This document shows positions 1-6,652 of a stretch of DNA of 32,000 bases, piece by piece. The number at the start of each line of letters is the position of its first letter. Position 1 is the stretch's first letter. The stretch comes from Candidatus Saccharimonadota bacterium (lineage in GTDB: Bacteria > Patescibacteriota > Saccharimonadia > Saccharimonadales > Saccharimonadaceae), in assembly GCA_002421785.1 (NCBI GenBank), contig DIRZ01000001.1:60001-92000 (forward strand), in the 5' to 3' direction. Position numbers and translations under genes: made by a program. Under the pieces are notes generated by a model. That model did not search any database and was not told the origin of the DNA. It saw nothing but the letters and a program-made list of their open reading frames with translations.

Positions 1-664
1 GCTTGCCCTTGCCACGAAGGTTCGTGATATTGAACACGGGGATGTCCAGTTTGTTGATCTGGTGAATCATCCGCGCCACCACGTCAGGGTCGACAGTCAA
101 GTTACCTTGACCGCCCAGGCCGCGACCAGCACTCGTTAGCTTCAGGACCGCCCTCAGTTGGGCGTCGTTCAGCTTCGGCTTGCCGGTCTTTGGGGTCACA
201 TCTTCATGCGTCTGCATGTCGATGATCTTACCCTGGCGATTAGTCGAATCTTCCCAGGTGGTTTCGGCGACCTTGCGGTCATCGAATGATCCCACCTGAG
301 TGCCATCTTCCTGGAGCACGACGTACCGACCGTTGTTGTCCGGCTCGGGAGTAACATCCTGACCGGTTTCCCGGTCGATGATGCGTCCTTCCTGGCCCGT
401 CTGCTCCTGCCACTGCTTGTGGGCACCAGCAAGCGTGTCGTTTTCGGCAACCTGCTTGCCCTTGCTGTTCTGCACTTCGTAGCGCGGCTGACTGGGCTGC
501 GGCATGCTCTTGGGCGCGTTGGGAGTCGGCGGCGGAGTGGGACGCTCCTGAGTGGAACGCCACAGCAGCCGCCACCACTGCTTGATGCGGTCGAGAACGG
601 AAAGCCTTGTCGGGTCGCTCGGACCCGACAAGGCACCGCCACGACCGACCGTGTCGTCGGTCAC
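1..664 (-). CDS. hypothetical protein, N-terminal part only (gene continues past the left window edge); contains a tandem 46-aa repeat
   Basis: The third minus-strand frame is open from GTG 664-662 to position 1. That GTG lies 7 nt after the TGA of the upstream ATPase gene. My translation is VTDDTVGRGGALSGPSDPTRLSVLDRIKQWWRLLW...RYEVQNSKGKQVAEN...GRIIDRETGQDVTP...RYVVLQEDGTQVGSF...GKIIDMQTHEDVTP...NKLDIPVFNITNLRGKGK. Its composition is balanced in K/D/E/Q, whereas the two listed minus ORFs (196..642, 279..578) are R/P/A-rich off-frame artefacts. It is probably absent from the ORF track because it has no in-window stop. The start is uncertain: GTG 664 or ATG 505. Confidence 0.5.
   Translation of the reverse strand, partial: MTDDTVGRGGALSGPSDPTRLSVLDRIKQWWRLLWRSTQERPTPPPTPNAPKSMPQPSQPRYEVQNSKGKQVAENDTLAGAHKQWQEQTGQEGRIIDRETGQDVTPEPDNNGRYVVLQEDGTQVGSFDDRKVAETTWEDSTNRQGKIIDMQTHEDVTPKTGKPKLNDAQLRAVLKLTSAGRGLGGQGNLTVDPDVVARMIHQINKLDIPVFNITNLRGKGK
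604..634 (-). repeat. perfect 13-bp inverted repeat (GCCTTGTCGGGTC - 5 nt - GACCCGACAAGGC); GC-rich hairpin just downstream of the ATPase stop, possible attenuator or terminator
   Basis: Read directly from the sequence. On the minus-strand RNA the hairpin is followed by TTTCCGTTCT. It lies inside the open frame that starts at GTG 664, which makes that start ambiguous. Confidence 0.6.
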
Positions 665-671
665 GTATTAC

Positions 672-1946
672 TCACCACCCCTTCAGGAGATCGAAACCGA
701 TGACCGGTGTCGAAAGCTTCTTGATGTCCAGTTCGATCTGGCTGACCGCCAGGTCCAGGGCCATGTGCCTAGCGCCACGGAGGGCAGCCTTGATCTGCTG
801 GGCCGTCAGAGACGACGCAGCGACCATCGTGCCGCCCACCATCAGCTGGGCACTGGTCGTCTGGCTGCGCTCGGCAGTCAGTTGAGCGACCATGTCAGCC
901 AGCTTGCCGAGCTCCTCCAGAAGGTGAAGCCGGCGACCGGTCATGCCATCCAGCAAATCACTGCAAACTTGCGCCCACAGCACTTCGTCGCCGGACTCGT
1001 CACCGATGGTGAGGAGTCCGTACATCAGCGCCTTCTGATCGACAACATGCACCTCGTTCCGCCCGTGAAGGACGGCCGAAGCGCGGCTGAAGTCGAACAG
1101 CTTGCCGAGAGTACGCGGCGTCACCTCGGGTACGCCGAGCTCCATGTCAAGGGGCTCTTCGGCGATATCCGCGTTCTTCGCGTGCCAGGCGGCACGAGCG
1201 GCGACCAAACGGCGACGCTGAAACTCGCTGACAAGCAGGACGTGCAGCAGGCGCATACCCGGGCTCACCACGATGCCGCCGTCAGCCTCGGACGCCATGA
1301 CGCGGTCCGAAAGCTGCCTGAGGCCGTCGTAGGGAAGTACGGGCAGAGACAAGCGCTTACCCGAATAGTCGAGGTAAGTACCACTGGCACGCAGGCTGTC
1401 ACCCAGGCCATCAATACCGCGCAGGTATGCCTTGCACATGAAGCGGTCAAGAACCGCCTGTAGAGCTGGCGTCATACGCATGTAGTTGCTGGTCGCGATG
1501 GCGGTGTGGAGCGGAGCCGGGACGATACCCATGCCCATGGTCTTGAACTCACGCTCATTGAGCACGTTGTTCACGCCACGCAGCACGTAGTCCGACCCGT
1601 CCATGAACTCGTCGAGAAAGGCGAAAACCGCCTCTACGATGCCACCCTCGAGGTTGTACACCTCGCGGCCGGACTTCATGAGCTCGTCGGCGATGATGTT
1701 GCCGAACATTTCCTCACGAGTTGTCTCCTTGGTGATCTGGAGCGAGAACGTGAGGGCACTCTCGTCGAACATCCCGAAGATGCTCGTGCTCATCAGGCTC
1801 TTGGCACGGCCGGGGCCGCTGAACCAGAACACGTGCTCACGAGCGAGCAGGGCGAACAGAACCTGAGTGAGGATCTGTTCGTTGCTGGGGAAGTTCTTCC
1901 CCAGCACGTAGAAGTTCTCACGCAGTTGCCCAGCGTATGTCATCAT
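672..1946 (-). CDS. AAA+ ATPase, MoxR-like (MoxR/MCM/Mg-chelatase superclade)
   Basis: The N-terminal AAA core shows a deviant Walker A FSGPGRAKSLM, a Walker B FAFLDEF, a sensor-1-like AIATSNY and an LLDRF-like VLDRFMCKAY. The start is trimmed to ATGATG at 1946. AAGGAG (1953-1958, minus) sits 6 nt upstream. GC3 is very high. The ~200-aa C-terminal half has no motif I recognise. Confidence 0.7.
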   Translation of the reverse strand: MMTYAGQLRENFYVLGKNFPSNEQILTQVLFALLAREHVFWFSGPGRAKSLMSTSIFGMFDESALTFSLQITKETTREEMFGNIIADELMKSGREVYNLEGGIVEAVFAFLDEFMDGSDYVLRGVNNVLNEREFKTMGMGIVPAPLHTAIATSNYMRMTPALQAVLDRFMCKAYLRGIDGLGDSLRASGTYLDYSGKRLSLPVLPYDGLRQLSDRVMASEADGGIVVSPGMRLLHVLLVSEFQRRRLVAARAAWHAKNADIAEEPLDMELGVPEVTPRTLGKLFDFSRASAVLHGRNEVHVVDQKALMYGLLTIGDESGDEVLWAQVCSDLLDGMTGRRLHLLEELGKLADMVAQLTAERSQTTSAQLMVGGTMVAASSLTAQQIKAALRGARHMALDLAVSQIELDIKKLSTPVIGFDLLKGW

Positions 1947-2024
1947 GCCGTTCTCCTTGGATTGGAATTGGTACCGAATTGGGACTGTACGAAGTGCGCC
2001 CAAAGGACGCACTCTACGTTGCTA

Positions 2025-2053
2025 ATTATAGTATAAATTACGATATTTTACAA
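2025..2053 (-). promoter_or_regulatory. sigma70-type promoter TTGTAA-17 nt-TATAAT driving the high-GC ATPase operon
   Basis: On the minus strand, TTGTAA is at 2053-2048 and TATAAT at 2030-2025, with an exact 17-nt spacer. A 5'UTR hairpin follows at 1993-2013 (AGTGCG/CGCACT), then the SD AAGGAG. Confidence 0.55.
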
Positions 2054-2062
2054 GTTTTTGCA

Positions 2063-2770
2063 CTACAGCGTAATCAAGGTACCTATCTGTTCGCCAGCTA
2101 CGGCGCGTCCGATGTTGCCGTCCGTCAATAAATCACAAATGATGACCGGCTTGTCTTCTTCCATCGCCAGACCGATCGCTGCTTTGTCCATTACGGTAAC
2201 GTTTGGATTATTGAGTGCTTCTTGGTAGGAAATATGGTCGTATTTTCTCGCCGTTGGGTCCTTGTTCGGGTCGGCATTGTACACGCCGTCTACTTTGGTC
2301 GTCTTTATCACTACTTCGCAGTCCATCTCCAGTGCCAAATTTACAGCCGCGGTATCAGTCGTCAGGAATGGACGGCCGATTCCACCGCCAATAATCACCA
2401 CACGTCCTTTGCCTAGGTGGTGTTCGGCGCGTCGATGGGTGTACTGGTCGACAAATTGATTAACTTCTATGCTACTAAGTGCCACGGTTGGCACATGTTC
2501 TGCATTGAAAATATCTGCGACAACACTGGCATTCATGATGGTCGCAAGCATGCCGGTGTTGTGTGCAGTCACTTGACCAATGCCATTACCGGCCAGCTGC
2601 GATCCTCGTGCATAATTACCACCACCAACTACCACAACTACCTGCGTCCCAGCCGCTACAACCATTCGTAGTTGGTCCGCGATCCACTTTACACGCTCTG
2701 CGTCGATACCCCCCGCCAGATTACCTTGTAGTTGTTCCCCTGAAAGTTTGAGTAGAATGCGTGTATACAT
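2063..2770 (-). CDS. pyrH: UMP kinase
   Basis: MYTRILLKLSGEQLQG...VVVVGGGNYARG...VVIIGGGIGRPFLTTDTAA is typical of the UMP kinase/amino-acid kinase family. The start is trimmed to ATG 2770. TATACT (2782-2777, minus) lies 6 nt upstream. Confidence 0.9.
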   Translation of the reverse strand: MYTRILLKLSGEQLQGNLAGGIDAERVKWIADQLRMVVAAGTQVVVVVGGGNYARGSQLAGNGIGQVTAHNTGMLATIMNASVVADIFNAEHVPTVALSSIEVNQFVDQYTHRRAEHHLGKGRVVIIGGGIGRPFLTTDTAAVNLALEMDCEVVIKTTKVDGVYNADPNKDPTARKYDHISYQEALNNPNVTVMDKAAIGLAMEEDKPVIICDLLTDGNIGRAVAGEQIGTLITL

Positions 2771-2833
2771 ACCTACAGTATACATAACCGTGACCAAGTA
2801 TCCCAAAACCCGCCGCCCAATACGGTGTGTATA

Positions 2834-2862
2834 TTGACATCAACACAATAATTTGCTATAAT
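2834..2862 (+). promoter_or_regulatory. consensus extended -10 promoter TTGACA-17 nt-(TGC)TATAAT
   Basis: TTGACA is at 2834-2839 and TATAAT at 2857-2862, preceded by TGC. It is nearly identical in layout to the promoter at 3389-3417. Confidence 0.65.
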
Positions 2863-2917
2863 ATAATTATACAATAGCACACTGGGTGCTATGAACCTAC
2901 TACGGGAAGGCAACACC

Positions 2918-3313
2918 ATGCAATACCTCCTGTTCATCTTCGGTGTCCTCGGCTGCGGCATCGTAGCGTTCTGGCTCCTGTTCACCGGGGCCCTCGACGC
3001 CACCGATCCCTTCACGACCCGTGAGCGCAAGTCGGGCCTGATCCGCGTCGCCATCGGCGCGGTGCTGGCGGTCGTTGCAATCAGCAGCGGCTACGCGACG
3101 TTCAACAGCTGGTGGGAGAACACGGCAACCGTCGGCGTGGTGCTGTCTCACGACGACACCGTCATGGTGCTCACCAGCAGCGGCACGCTGTACAATTGCC
3201 AGGCGGCCAACGAGTGCACCACTCTGAAGCCCGGCCAGCTCATCACGTTCGAATCCCGAACGGCAGGCGGCGCCTTTGGCCAGCCGGTCATCCGCAACGT
3301 CCGCGTCGGGTAA
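2918..3313 (+). CDS. small 2-TM membrane protein with a C-terminal C-x5-C domain (paralog A), high GC
   Basis: Two hydrophobic helices are present: MQYLLFIFGVLGCGIVAFWLLF and LIRVAIGAVLAVVAISSG. The C-terminal VMVLTSSGTLYNCQAANECTTLKPGQLITFE aligns with the 3475..3867 product. I prefer ATG 2918, with GGGAAGG 7 nt upstream, over the track start at 2891, which lies inside the 5' hairpin 2874-2892. Confidence 0.65.
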   Translation: MQYLLFIFGVLGCGIVAFWLLFTGALDATDPFTTRERKSGLIRVAIGAVLAVVAISSGYATFNSWWENTATVGVVLSHDDTVMVLTSSGTLYNCQAANECTTLKPGQLITFESRTAGGAFGQPVIRNVRVG

Positions 3314-3344
3314 CCGACCCTATCTTCACCCCGCGTGAAGGAAG

Positions 3345-3379
3345 CACACCCCGCTTCTTTCACGGCGGGGTGTGTTTTT
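3345..3379 (+). terminator. rho-independent terminator
   Basis: CACACCCCGC (3345-3354) pairs with GCGGGGTGTG (3365-3374), followed by TTTTT. Confidence 0.8.
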
Positions 3380-3388
3380 ATACGAACA

Positions 3389-3417
3389 TTGACATATTAC
3401 TACTATTTTGCTATAAT
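3389..3417 (+). promoter_or_regulatory. consensus extended -10 promoter TTGACA-17 nt-(TGC)TATAAT
   Basis: TTGACA is at 3389-3394 and TATAAT at 3412-3417, preceded by TGC. The 5'UTR hairpin TGACGC/GCGTCA lies at 3429-3446. Confidence 0.65.
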
Positions 3418-3474
3418 ATACCTATCGATGACGCAACTAGGCGTCACGCACCTCCCACGAAAGGGGATTAACCC

Positions 3475-3867
3475 ATGGAGATTCTCTCCATCCTGCTCGG
3501 TATCGTGGCAGCCCTCGCCACCGCCGTCGCCGCCCTGGCGCTCTTCGATGCTGTAACCGACCACGATCCTGCGCCCTTGCTGATCACGTTCGTGTTCGCG
3601 ATCATCGCACTCGGAACCGGCCTGGGCTCGATCTCTTCCTACAACGCCTACCAGACCAGCTGGAAGGACAGCAGCACCATCGTCCGCACCGTCTTCAATG
3701 AAGACGAGGACGTCATGCTGCTCAGCAAATACGGCACCGTCTACCGGTGTGTCGAGCAGGCCGAGTGCCAGGACCTCGAGAAGGGTGACCACGTCACTTT
3801 CGAGTGGCTTCCCGGTGGCTCCAGTGTGCCAGACACCCCTGACGCCCGCAAGGTCGTCAAGGGCTGA
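3475..3867 (+). CDS. small 2-TM membrane protein with a C-terminal C-x5-C domain (paralog B), high GC
   Basis: The helices are MEILSILLGIVAALATAVAALALF and LLITFVFAIIALGTGLGSI. The C-terminal segment is VMLLSKYGTVYRCVEQAECQDLEKGDHVTFE. The SD AAGGGGA lies 7 nt upstream of the ATG. Confidence 0.7.
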   Translation: MEILSILLGIVAALATAVAALALFDAVTDHDPAPLLITFVFAIIALGTGLGSISSYNAYQTSWKDSSTIVRTVFNEDEDVMLLSKYGTVYRCVEQAECQDLEKGDHVTFEWLPGGSSVPDTPDARKVVKG

Positions 3868-3878
3868 CTCCCCACCAG

Positions 3879-3929
3879 CCTCCGTGGCTGCGAGCAGATG
3901 CTCGCAGCCACGGAGGGCTTTTTATTTTT
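3879..3929 (+). terminator. rho-independent terminator
   Basis: A perfect 18-bp stem pairs CCTCCGTGGCTGCGAGCA (3879-3896) with TGCTCGCAGCCACGGAGG (3899-3916), followed by GCTTTTTATTTTT. Confidence 0.9.
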
Positions 3930-3945
3930 CGGGTATACTAATAAC

Positions 3946-4743
3946 ATGAAATTATATTCCTGGAACGTCAACGGTATACGCGCCGTACTGAGCAAAGGCA
4001 CTTTTCAAAAGTTCATTGCGGAACACGACCCTGATATCCTGTGCTTGCAGGAGACCAAGGCCGAGCGTGGGCAAGTAGAGCTCGATTTGCCCCAGTACAC
4101 CGAGCACTTCTATAGCGCTGTCAAAAAAGGCTACAGCGGAACCGCTATCTTTAGCAAAGTCCCCGCACTGCGCTACATCGATGGCTTTCCGCAAGACATC
4201 ATCGACACCTACCGCGTAACGGGTGATACCTACGGCGACCCGAACGCCGAGGGCAGGGTAATTGCCGCCGAATTCAACGACTTTTGGGTGGTGACCGTGT
4301 ATACGCCCAACAGCAAAGGAGACCTCAGCCGCCTGAGCCTGCGCTACGACGTGTGGGATAAGGCGTTCCTAGCCTACGTGCAGCAGCTTGAACAGTCCAA
4401 ACCATTACTGTTTTGCGGCGACCTGAACGTTGCGCATACCGAACTCGACCTCGCCAATCCCAAGCCAAATGTCGGCAAGCACGGCTTTACCAACGAAGAG
4501 CGCGAGCGTTTCCAGGACTTCTTGGACGCGGGGTTCGTGGATACCTTCCGCGCAGCCAACCCCAATAAACCAGATGCCTACACCTGGTGGACGCACTGGG
4601 CGAATGCCCGTGCGCGCAATGTGGGATGGCGCATTGACTACTGGCTGGCAAGCAAGGCCATCGCATCCCGCGTACACACCCCCCAAATCCACGCAGACGT
4701 CATGGGAAGCGACCACTGCCCAGTGAGCATCGAAATAAATTAA
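3946..4743 (+). CDS. xth: exodeoxyribonuclease III (ExoIII/APE1 family AP endonuclease)
   Basis: MKLYSWNVNGIRA...CLQETK...GSDHCPVSIEI is the ExoIII family pattern. The start is trimmed from 3898 to ATG 3946, because 3898-3929 is the upstream terminator. TATACT 3934-3939 lies 6 nt upstream. Confidence 0.9.
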   Translation: MKLYSWNVNGIRAVLSKGTFQKFIAEHDPDILCLQETKAERGQVELDLPQYTEHFYSAVKKGYSGTAIFSKVPALRYIDGFPQDIIDTYRVTGDTYGDPNAEGRVIAAEFNDFWVVTVYTPNSKGDLSRLSLRYDVWDKAFLAYVQQLEQSKPLLFCGDLNVAHTELDLANPKPNVGKHGFTNEERERFQDFLDAGFVDTFRAANPNKPDAYTWWTHWANARARNVGWRIDYWLASKAIASRVHTPQIHADVMGSDHCPVSIEIN

Positions 4744-4803
4744 GGCGACTTGCCTACTACGCTAGTGACAATACATTCAAAGAATGGTATAGTACTGTAA
4801 ATT

Positions 4804-5538
4804 ATGGCAAAGCAAAAGTTCGCAGCATTCGATATTGACGGCACACTATTCCGAAGTGGGCTTTACCGCGAGGTGGCCTACGAGCTCATGCGAATGGGCG
4901 TACTGCCCCCCGACGTCCTAGAAGAGACCACCGCCAAAAACCGCGAATGGCGCCACCGCACACATGGTAACGCGTTTGAAGAGTTCGAGATGCTTCTCAT
5001 CGACCGTATCGACAACTTCTTGCCCCAGCTACGCATCGAAGACTACGAAGAAGCGGCGCAAATGGTGCTTGCTAAGCGCGCCGATAACGTCTACGTCTAT
5101 ACTCGTGACCTCATCCATAGCCTTAAGGCACAGGGATACTTCCTTATCGCCATCAGCGGCTCACAAATCGAACTCGTCGAGCCATTTGCCGCAAAGTATG
5201 GGTTCGACGCGTGGGTCGGCCAGCAGTGGGAGCGTGGCGACGAATACTTCACTGGCAACGTTATTAAAACCCATACAGGCAAAGACGTCATCCTCCGCGA
5301 CCTAGCCAAGCGGCATAATCTTACATTCAAGGACAGCTACGCAGTCGGCGACAGTAACGGCGACGTGGGCATGCTCAGCGTTGTCGAACATCCTATCGCA
5401 TTTAATCCAACGTTCGAGCTGTATGAAAAAGCGGTCGAAAATGGCTGGCCCATGACCATCGAGCGCAAAAATGTCATCTATACCATGTCCGCCCAGCCAG
5501 ACGCTCCTTACGCGCTCACTTCTGTCCGGCATCAATAA
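4804..5538 (+). CDS. HAD-superfamily hydrolase (subfamily IB, SerB-like phosphatase)
   Basis: Motif I is FDIDGTLF, motif II is AISGS and motif IV is GDSNGD. Confidence 0.7.
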   Translation: MAKQKFAAFDIDGTLFRSGLYREVAYELMRMGVLPPDVLEETTAKNREWRHRTHGNAFEEFEMLLIDRIDNFLPQLRIEDYEEAAQMVLAKRADNVYVYTRDLIHSLKAQGYFLIAISGSQIELVEPFAAKYGFDAWVGQQWERGDEYFTGNVIKTHTGKDVILRDLAKRHNLTFKDSYAVGDSNGDVGMLSVVEHPIAFNPTFELYEKAVENGWPMTIERKNVIYTMSAQPDAPYALTSVRHQ

Positions 5539-5579
5539 ACCCCGGCAGCTTTTTACTCCTATCGCGCTATACTAGTACC

Positions 5580-6386
5580 ATGGACAACAGCTACTGGCTA
5601 CGCCAAACCCCAGCAAAACCGCTTTTTCCCGACATTGAATGGAGCAAGCCCGAACAGCGCTCTTCACGCGGGCGACTTGGTATTATCGGGGGTAACAAAC
5701 TCGGATTTGCTGGTGTGGCCGAAAGCTACAGTACGGCGCTCGGCTCCGGGGCGGGGGAAGTGCGCGTGCTACTCCCCGATGCGCTTCGCAAAGCAATCCC
5801 ACCATCAATGACCGACGTCACCTTCGGCGCAACAACCCCGAGCGGGAGCCTAAGCAAAGAAGCACTCGGCGAAATCCAGGCTCTTGCACAGTGGTCGACC
5901 GCACTGCTCCTATGTGGTGACGCTGGTCGCAACAGCGAAACGGCCATCGCCTATAGCGACCTCATCCGCCAATACACCGGACAGCTTATCATCACTCGCG
6001 ACGCAGTCGACCTGGTCAAAAACGATGCCGATGCGCTCGTAAATCGTCCCAACACACTTCTAGTGGTATCGTTCGCCCAGCTTCAGAAGCTCTTTCAGAG
6101 CGTCTATTATCCCAAAATCCTGACATTCAGCATGCAGCTCATGCAGCTTGTCGAAGCCATGCACAAATTTACCGTCACATACCCCGTTACCATCGCCGTA
6201 CTTCACCGCGAGACGCTCATCGTCGCGCATGATGGGCAGGTCACCACAACCGTATGGGATAACCCCATGACCATCTGGCGAGGCATTACCGCTGCACGTG
6301 CCGCAAGCTACTGGCTGTGGACACCAAATCAGCCGCTTGAAGCCGTCACGGCAAGCTTACTGGCGAACACCGAAAGATTCTCGTAA
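5580..6386 (+). CDS. carbohydrate-kinase-fold protein, YjeF_C / NAD(P)HX dehydratase-like (possibly degenerate)
   Basis: RGRLGIIGGNKLGFAGVAESYSTALGSGAGEVRVLLPD resembles the N-terminal KGxxGxxxxIGGSxxYxGAxxLAxxAALRxGAG pattern of that family. I could not find the C-terminal GGxGDxLxG motif. Confidence 0.4.
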   Translation: MDNSYWLRQTPAKPLFPDIEWSKPEQRSSRGRLGIIGGNKLGFAGVAESYSTALGSGAGEVRVLLPDALRKAIPPSMTDVTFGATTPSGSLSKEALGEIQALAQWSTALLLCGDAGRNSETAIAYSDLIRQYTGQLIITRDAVDLVKNDADALVNRPNTLLVVSFAQLQKLFQSVYYPKILTFSMQLMQLVEAMHKFTVTYPVTIAVLHRETLIVAHDGQVTTTVWDNPMTIWRGITAARAASYWLWTPNQPLEAVTASLLANTERFS

Positions 6387-6483
6387 TACACGCCCAAAAA
6401 GCGGCCATCCTCATCTATTTCATATTTTTTACCGGTTCAGTGTATAATTAAGGAGGCAAGGAAACATTGTATTTTCATCTTGT

Positions 6484-6570
6484 GCCGCGGTGGTGGAATT
6501 GGTAGACACGCCAGACTCAAAATCTTGTGAGCAATAGCTCGTACCGGTTCAAGTCCGGTCCGCGGTACCA
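6484..6570 (+). tRNA. tRNA-Leu (anticodon CAA), long variable arm, CCA encoded
   Basis: I folded the cloverleaf by eye. The acceptor is GCCGCGG/CCGCGGT (G1-U72), the anticodon loop is CTCAAAA, there is a long variable arm, and the T arm is ACCGG-TTCAAGT-CCGGT. It is collinear with E. coli tRNA-Leu(CAA). A TGTATAAT -10 lies at 6441-6448. Confidence 0.85.
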
Positions 6571-6652
6571 GATGCAAATCCAATAAGGCCCAGTGCCATG
6601 CATAGGCTTTGCCTGTGTATTCGTGTATACTTAACCTAGATAGATAGTCATT

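Noticed and set aside
196-1463. ORF-track entries 196..642(-), 279..578(-), 419..703(+), 552..1463(+), 607..885(+), 1265..1450(-), 1506..2036(+) and 1603..1866(+)
   Set aside because: All lie in the high-GC block and have the R/P/A/S-rich composition typical of off-frame or antisense reading of GC-rich genes. The coherent frames are the AAA+ ATPase (672..1946, minus) and the unlisted open minus frame 1..664.
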